This document shows positions 44,884 through 47,492 of a stretch of 47,492 bases of DNA, piece after piece. The DNA comes from Candidatus Kaiserbacteria bacterium. Its GTDB lineage: Bacteria; Patescibacteriota; Minisyncoccia; Phycocordibacterales; UBA918. The translations under genes were made by a program, and so were the position numbers. The DNA lies in the NCBI GenBank assembly GCA_043770255.1, contig JAYVIL010000021.1, positions 1-47,492 of the forward strand. The letters are read 5' to 3'. Positions within the stretch are counted from its first letter, which is position 1. Every line of letters starts with the position of its first letter. The notes below the pieces were generated by a model that was given only the letters and a program-made list of their open reading frames with translations, ran no database searches and was not told the DNA's origin.

Positions 44884-45936
44884 ATGCATCATACGAGAGC
44901 TATTGAGTTTGCTTTTTTCTTTGGGGCGTTAGGTATCGTTGGTTATATGGTGTGGCAAATTTTTGCTCCGTTTATTACTGCGCTTGCTTTAGCTGCGATC
45001 ATTGTTGTGATTTGTTATCCATTGTTTGAATTAATTTTAAAGTACGTATCACGAAAAAATAGGTCAATCGCGGCTTTTCTATCGACCATCTTTGTTTTTG
45101 TCTGTGTTGTTGTGCCACTATTCTTTATTTCAACCCTTTTGGTTAATGAGTTTTTGGCTTTTTACCGTACTATCGATGTTACTACCCAAACCCCAATCGA
45201 TAATGCTTTAAATAATGTAGAAGCCACCATACAGACATATATCCCCGGCTTCGATCTCAATGTCTCTGAACAAATAAAAACAAGTGTCGGCTGGTTCACA
45301 AAAAATATTGGAGCAATTTTCGCCGGCACTATTTCAGTAATATTTGCTTTTCTAATTGCAATGCTTGGCTCGTTTTATTTATTTAGAGATGGCTCAAATT
45401 TAATTGACTGGCTTATTAACATTAGCCCTCTTAAAAATTCTGAAGATATCGCAATCTTTAAAAGAGTAGCTGATTCTATTCGCTCTGTTGTAACCGGTAC
45501 TGTTCTTGTCGCTATTATTCAGGGTGTCCTTGCTGCCATAGGCTTTAGTATTTTTGGTATTGAACAAGCGATACTGTGGGGTTCTATTGGTGCTTTCGGC
45601 GCACTCCTACCTGGAATAGGTACTGCTGGTATTATGGTGCCGGCAGTGGCGTATCTCTTTATGTTCGGCTCATTTGGTGGAGCCGTGGGGCTACTCGTTT
45701 GGGCTATCGCTACTATAGTGATTGTTGACAACTTTATCGGGCCACAACTCATGAGTCGCGGAAGTAAATTGCATCCATTTATTGTGCTTGTCTCAGTGCT
45801 TGGTGGTGTCTCGTTATTCGGTCCACTTGGTTTTATTTTAGGACCAGTGTGTGTATCTTTGTTTATGGTACTCCTTGAAATATATGGTGTGTATATGGAT
45901 TCTGATCCCGAGCCAGTTAAGAAAAAAAGAAAATAA
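44884..45936 (+). CDS. AI-2E family transporter (PerM/UPF0118-type permease)
   Basis: Multi-TM protein with family-typical C-terminal blocks: GTVLVAIIQGVLAAIGF..., GALLPGIGTAGIMVP..., IVDNFIGPQLMSRGSKLHPFIVLVSVLGGVSLFGPLGFILGPV. Confidence 0.88.
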   Translation: MHHTRAIEFAFFFGALGIVGYMVWQIFAPFITALALAAIIVVICYPLFELILKYVSRKNRSIAAFLSTIFVFVCVVVPLFFISTLLVNEFLAFYRTIDVTTQTPIDNALNNVEATIQTYIPGFDLNVSEQIKTSVGWFTKNIGAIFAGTISVIFAFLIAMLGSFYLFRDGSNLIDWLINISPLKNSEDIAIFKRVADSIRSVVTGTVLVAIIQGVLAAIGFSIFGIEQAILWGSIGAFGALLPGIGTAGIMVPAVAYLFMFGSFGGAVGLLVWAIATIVIVDNFIGPQLMSRGSKLHPFIVLVSVLGGVSLFGPLGFILGPVCVSLFMVLLEIYGVYMDSDPEPVKKKRK

Positions 45937-45941
45937 TTTAT

Positions 45942-46370
45942 ATGATTGAAAAACGAAGTGTCGAAGCTTTTCTCAAGGTAAATGGTATCCCAGCTACCGC
46001 CAAAGACGAAGAAATTAGGTCGGTACTACTGAGTGCCCGCTGGAATAATAATGAAGTTGACACCGCACTGATGGTGCTCAAAGAAAACGTCTTGAGTAAT
46101 GAGACCCATGTTGACTCACTGCATAAAGTATTTAACTCAGACGACAGGCTGTCTTCGGCCGAGATTACCAATCTATTAGGAATAGATGTAAATTTATCTG
46201 ACTTTGAAGCTACACCTGTAGGTAAAAAAAGACAACACATCGAGAATAGCAGTACAATGATTGTTTTTTTCCTGTCGCTAATTATCGCTGCCTCAAGTAT
46301 TGGCTACTTAATGTACAAAGAGCGCGCCGGTGTTTTCCACGACAGTAGGGAACCCGCGCATGTCAAATAA
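45942..46370 (+). CDS. Hypothetical protein with a C-terminal TM segment (142 aa)
   Basis: Soluble helical N-terminal part, then TM MIVFFLSLIIAASSIGYLMY. No family recognised. Confidence 0.6.
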   Translation: MIEKRSVEAFLKVNGIPATAKDEEIRSVLLSARWNNNEVDTALMVLKENVLSNETHVDSLHKVFNSDDRLSSAEITNLLGIDVNLSDFEATPVGKKRQHIENSSTMIVFFLSLIIAASSIGYLMYKERAGVFHDSREPAHVK

Positions 46371-47475
46371 GTACCTTCTCCTGCCGGTCTTTGGGGTATT
46401 AGTGCCGATAGCGCTTTATTTTTTTTGGTCAGGAGTTTTCAGTGCCTCTGAAATATTTATTCCACCAATTGGTGAAGTTCAGAATGATGAGGTGATATTA
46501 CCCACCGCTGAATTAGTTACAGTAGCACCAAAACCAAAACCAATTTTTTTTGTTGGTGATGTCCTTTTGGCTCGAAATGTTGAGTTTTTAATTACGAAAC
46601 ATGGTCTTTCGTACCCATTTTTAAATACCGCTGGTATATTTGCAGGGGCGCCATTTGTTGTAGGCAACTTTGAATCAGCTGTTTTGAAAAAACATGTTAA
46701 AACACCATCTTTTGTTACTACTTTCTCGGTGAATAGTAAATTCCTATCCCTGTTACCTGAGGCTGGCTTTACTCATGTTTCTCTAGCAAATAATCATTCT
46801 CTAGATTACGGTACCGAAACTTTTTCACATACACTCGAAAAAATTACTGATGCCAAAGTAGTACCGTTTGGTCACCCACAAAAAATCGATAGTTTTTCAG
46901 TCACCATAATTGAAACAGGCAGTAAAAAAATTGGCTTACTGGCACTCAATACAATATTTGCAAACCCAACTTTTGAAGACATAGAAAGAGTTATCTCAGA
47001 CGTCCGTTCATCCTCTGACTATCTGATTGCTTATGTACATTGGGGCGAGGAATATATTCTCAAACATTCAGCTGCGCAAGAAGCATTTGCGATAAAGCTA
47101 CTTGATGCTGGTGTTGATGCAATTATCGGACATCATCCTCATGTCACACAAGACATTCAAATCTATAATAACAAACCAATATTCTATTCACTCGGAAATT
47201 TTCTTTTTGATCAATATTTTTCAGTCGATGTGGCACAAGGTTTGGCAGTCCAATTTGAAATAAAAGACGATGCAGCAGAATTCACGCTCATTCCCGTGAG
47301 CAGTGAAGGTACGCCGTCCCAGCCGCATAAAATGGAGCCAGACCAAGCTGCGCTTTTTTTGCAAAATTTAGCTAGGCGGAGTGATAAAAGCTTTACTCAG
47401 AATATAGCCCAAGGTAAGCTTATTTTACCATTATCTCTTGCAACTTCTACTCAAAACGGTATGATTGCACAGTAA
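46360..47475 (+). CDS. CapA-family (PGA_cap, poly-gamma-glutamate capsule synthesis-like) metallophosphatase-fold protein
   Basis: I prefer the ATG at 46360 (MSNKYLLLPVFGVLVPIALYFFW...) over the track's 46330 start. Motifs FFVGDVLLAR, GNFESAV, SLANNHSLDYG, VHWGEEY, GHHPHVTQ and YSLGNFLFDQ occur in the order typical of CapA proteins. Confidence 0.85.
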   Translation: MSNKYLLLPVFGVLVPIALYFFWSGVFSASEIFIPPIGEVQNDEVILPTAELVTVAPKPKPIFFVGDVLLARNVEFLITKHGLSYPFLNTAGIFAGAPFVVGNFESAVLKKHVKTPSFVTTFSVNSKFLSLLPEAGFTHVSLANNHSLDYGTETFSHTLEKITDAKVVPFGHPQKIDSFSVTIIETGSKKIGLLALNTIFANPTFEDIERVISDVRSSSDYLIAYVHWGEEYILKHSAAQEAFAIKLLDAGVDAIIGHHPHVTQDIQIYNNKPIFYSLGNFLFDQYFSVDVAQGLAVQFEIKDDAAEFTLIPVSSEGTPSQPHKMEPDQAALFLQNLARRSDKSFTQNIAQGKLILPLSLATSTQNGMIAQ

Positions 47476-47492
47476 CTAACAACGTATGTTTA

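Noticed and set aside
1390-46667. Dozens of minus-strand and off-frame ORFs of 60-208 aa (e.g. 13231-13857, 7198-7689, 21053-21607, 27814-28308, 25785-26282)
   Set aside because: All lie entirely inside strongly supported + strand genes, have low-complexity mirror-image compositions and contain no recognisable motifs. They are typical shadow ORFs of repeat-rich coding sequence.
1-47492. tRNA, rRNA, tmRNA, transposase, integrase, toxin-antitoxin or phage genes
   Set aside because: I inspected the intergenic regions (18623-18936, 20260-20411, 21621-21843, 23737-24038, 26898-27643, 28796-28931, 33125-33235 and others). None shows a tRNA-like acceptor/T-arm pattern or a coding motif of mobile elements.

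Overview
This 47.5-kb window is almost entirely devoted to cell-surface and envelope proteins. Every supported gene is on the + strand except one small ORF of 54 codons. I saw no rRNA, tRNA, CRISPR array, transposase, integrase or phage gene.

Gene content, in order:
- nt 2-17158: the 3' part of a giant modular surface protein gene. The frame is open to the window edge, with at least 5718 codons visible.
- A secreted protein with four FN3-like domains.
- A MacB/FtsX-type ABC pair whose ATPase carries an unusual helical tail of about 215 aa.
- A Cys-rich 630-aa surface protein.
- Three membrane-anchored proteins with tandem Ig-like domains (321, 325 and 552 aa).
- Three proteins with paralogous cohesin-like domains and two with dockerin-like repeats.
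- A 383-aa surface protein transcribed on its own.
- A 2052-aa modular surface protein.
- Envelope housekeeping genes: a histidine phosphatase, a Cys-free TlpA-like protein, an AI-2E transporter and a CapA-family protein.

Main hypothesis (inference, not proven): the window encodes a non-covalent surface-assembly system. The four large or abundant secreted proteins end in related WxL-like C-terminal beta domains. These would pair with DUF916/DUF3324-like membrane receptors, as in the Csc/WxL loci of Firmicutes. A cohesin-dockerin network and a MacB-type ABC motor are interleaved with these genes.

Anchoring looks monoderm in style (C-terminal TM plus a basic tail, a LytR_C domain, no outer-membrane components). 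Together with the giant Thr/Ser/Gly/Asn-rich proteins, this suggests a CPR/Patescibacteria-like or other monoderm host, but lineage cannot be established from this window. TGA is used as a stop codon, so the standard code applies.

All domain calls come from reading motifs by eye. No searches were run. Sub-gene coordinates are approximate, within a few codons.
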